A stretch of DNA of 64,000 nucleotides from Betaproteobacteria bacterium (GTDB taxonomy: Bacteria; Pseudomonadota; Gammaproteobacteria; Burkholderiales; SG8-41). Every line of letters begins with the position of its first letter. Position 1 is the stretch's first letter. Shown one piece after another: positions 63,142-64,000 of the stretch. Below the pieces are notes generated by a model. The model made no database searches. It was not told where the DNA came from and saw only the letters and a list, made by a program, of their open reading frames with translations. The position numbers and the translations under genes are program-made. The stretch is from assembly GCA_052389535.1 (NCBI GenBank), contig JBQTHU010000041.1, positions 12,972 to 76,971 of the forward strand, read 5' to 3'.

Positions 63142-63981
63142 CTAAAACGTATTCATCACGGCGCCCACGACCTGCGCCCCGGTATCGTTGAGATCACGGA
63201 TCACGTTCTTGGTGTCCGCAAGCCGGGTGTGGTTCTTGCGCGCCAGAACGACTGCCCCGCCCGCGTGATAAGTCACGCTTTGCGCGTCCGCATACAGCTT
63301 CGCGGGCGGCGTATCGATCAGGATGACGTCGAACTTCGTCTGCAGGTCCTGCAGCAGGCGCGCAAGTCCCGCCCGCGACAGCAATTCCTGGGGATTGGGC
63401 GGAGGGGCGCCGGCCGGCAGCAGGGAGAGGCCTGCAAAGCCGGGGACCGTCATCACGGCACTGTGGTCCACACGGCCCGACAGCACGGTGGAGAGCCCCA
63501 CCCGGTCGTTGACGTTGAACAATTTGTGCTGGCGTGGCGAGCGCAGGTCGGCGTCGATGAGCAGCGTCCTTTCGCCGAGCTGGGAGAACACGATGGCCAG
63601 GTTCGCGCTTACATAGGTGCGGCCCTCGCCCGTGGACGGGCTCACGATCGCGAGCACCCGGCGCTGGTGCGTGCTGTTGAACCAGCGGATCACCAGCTGC
63701 GTCCTTAACGCTCGCAACTCCTCGACGCGACGGTGAAACGGTGCATACGCCGCCACCAGTTCCGGGCTGATCGCCGCGTCGCCTGACGCAAGCTGCGGGA
63801 AGTTGTACTGCCGCGCCAGCGCGAGGTGCAGATCCTCCTCGGTGATGAGGCCAAGCCAGATCGCGGCCTCTCCGAAACGCAAACCTTCGACGCGCTGCAG
63901 ATCCACGATACGGCGCGTATCTGCCTCGCTCAGCTTGCCTTCTTCGACCAGGATCGAGCCGATATTGCGCTCCGACCCCAC
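63142..63981 (-). CDS. EpsG-type chain-length-determinant tyrosine autokinase (P-loop ATPase with GspE-N-like domain)
   Basis: The N-terminal IGSILVEEGKLSEADTRRI region is T2SSE_N-like. P-loop SPSTGEGRTYVSANLA, LLIDADLRSP. GTG at 63981. The frame stays open to the window edge, so the start could lie beyond 64000. Confidence 0.8.
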   Translation of the reverse strand: MGSERNIGSILVEEGKLSEADTRRIVDLQRVEGLRFGEAAIWLGLITEEDLHLALARQYNFPQLASGDAAISPELVAAYAPFHRRVEELRALRTQLVIRWFNSTHQRRVLAIVSPSTGEGRTYVSANLAIVFSQLGERTLLIDADLRSPRQHKLFNVNDRVGLSTVLSGRVDHSAVMTVPGFAGLSLLPAGAPPPNPQELLSRAGLARLLQDLQTKFDVILIDTPPAKLYADAQSVTYHAGGAVVLARKNHTRLADTKNVIRDLNDTGAQVVGAVMNTF

Positions 63982-64000
63982 GACGCGGGCCGTTGCATCC

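Overview
High-GC (about 65% by eye) chromosomal segment. The synteny (alaC-hom-thrC, surE-pcm-nlpD) and the exosortase/PEP-CTERM-style EPS genes suggest a betaproteobacterium; this is inference only.

Layout:
- 1-24.3 kb: housekeeping and signalling genes. These are a GAF-GGDEF-EAL protein (5' end cut by the window), clpB, a GltS-like FMN protein, nadC, thrC, hom, alaC, an Mth938-like protein, a 1732-aa multi-PAS/GAF GGDEF-EAL protein, a decayed HDAC-family pseudogene, the MoxR-DUF58-TgpA triad, nlpD-pcm-surE and a nitrilase-family hydrolase.
- 24.3-38.2 kb: a signalling-dense region. It holds an Hpt-REC protein, a REC-input hybrid kinase, two single-domain REC proteins, two paralogous NarL-type regulators, a MASE1-PAS kinase and a second REC-input HisKA_3 kinase. 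These bracket glgA and a C-terminally truncated glgC.
- 38.5-64 kb: a Wzx/Wzy-type exopolysaccharide locus in four transcription blocks. It carries the genes that usually accompany exosortase systems: a FemAB-like protein, a deacetylase-like protein, an AsnB-type amidotransferase, an O-antigen-ligase-like protein and an EpsG-type tyrosine kinase.

No rRNA, intact tRNA, CRISPR array, transposase, integrase or phage gene was seen.

Most interesting observations:
1. A translationally coupled LLM monooxygenase / DltA-like adenylation enzyme / Fmt-like formyltransferase / DltC-like carrier cassette at the head of the EPS operon. Downstream in the same operon sit a FemAB-like gene and a membrane-anchored transglutaminase-fold gene. 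Together they suggest an aminoacyl- or formyl-aminoacyl-decorated acidic polysaccharide.
2. A candidate small RNA with a CCCCUCCCC hairpin loop and a strong intrinsic terminator.
3. An orphan terminator and a tRNA 5'-half remnant at the EPS locus boundary.
4. Duplicated REC-input kinase / NarL modules.
5. A glgC that lacks its regulatory beta-helix domain.

All calls come from reading the translations and sequence by eye. No database search was run.
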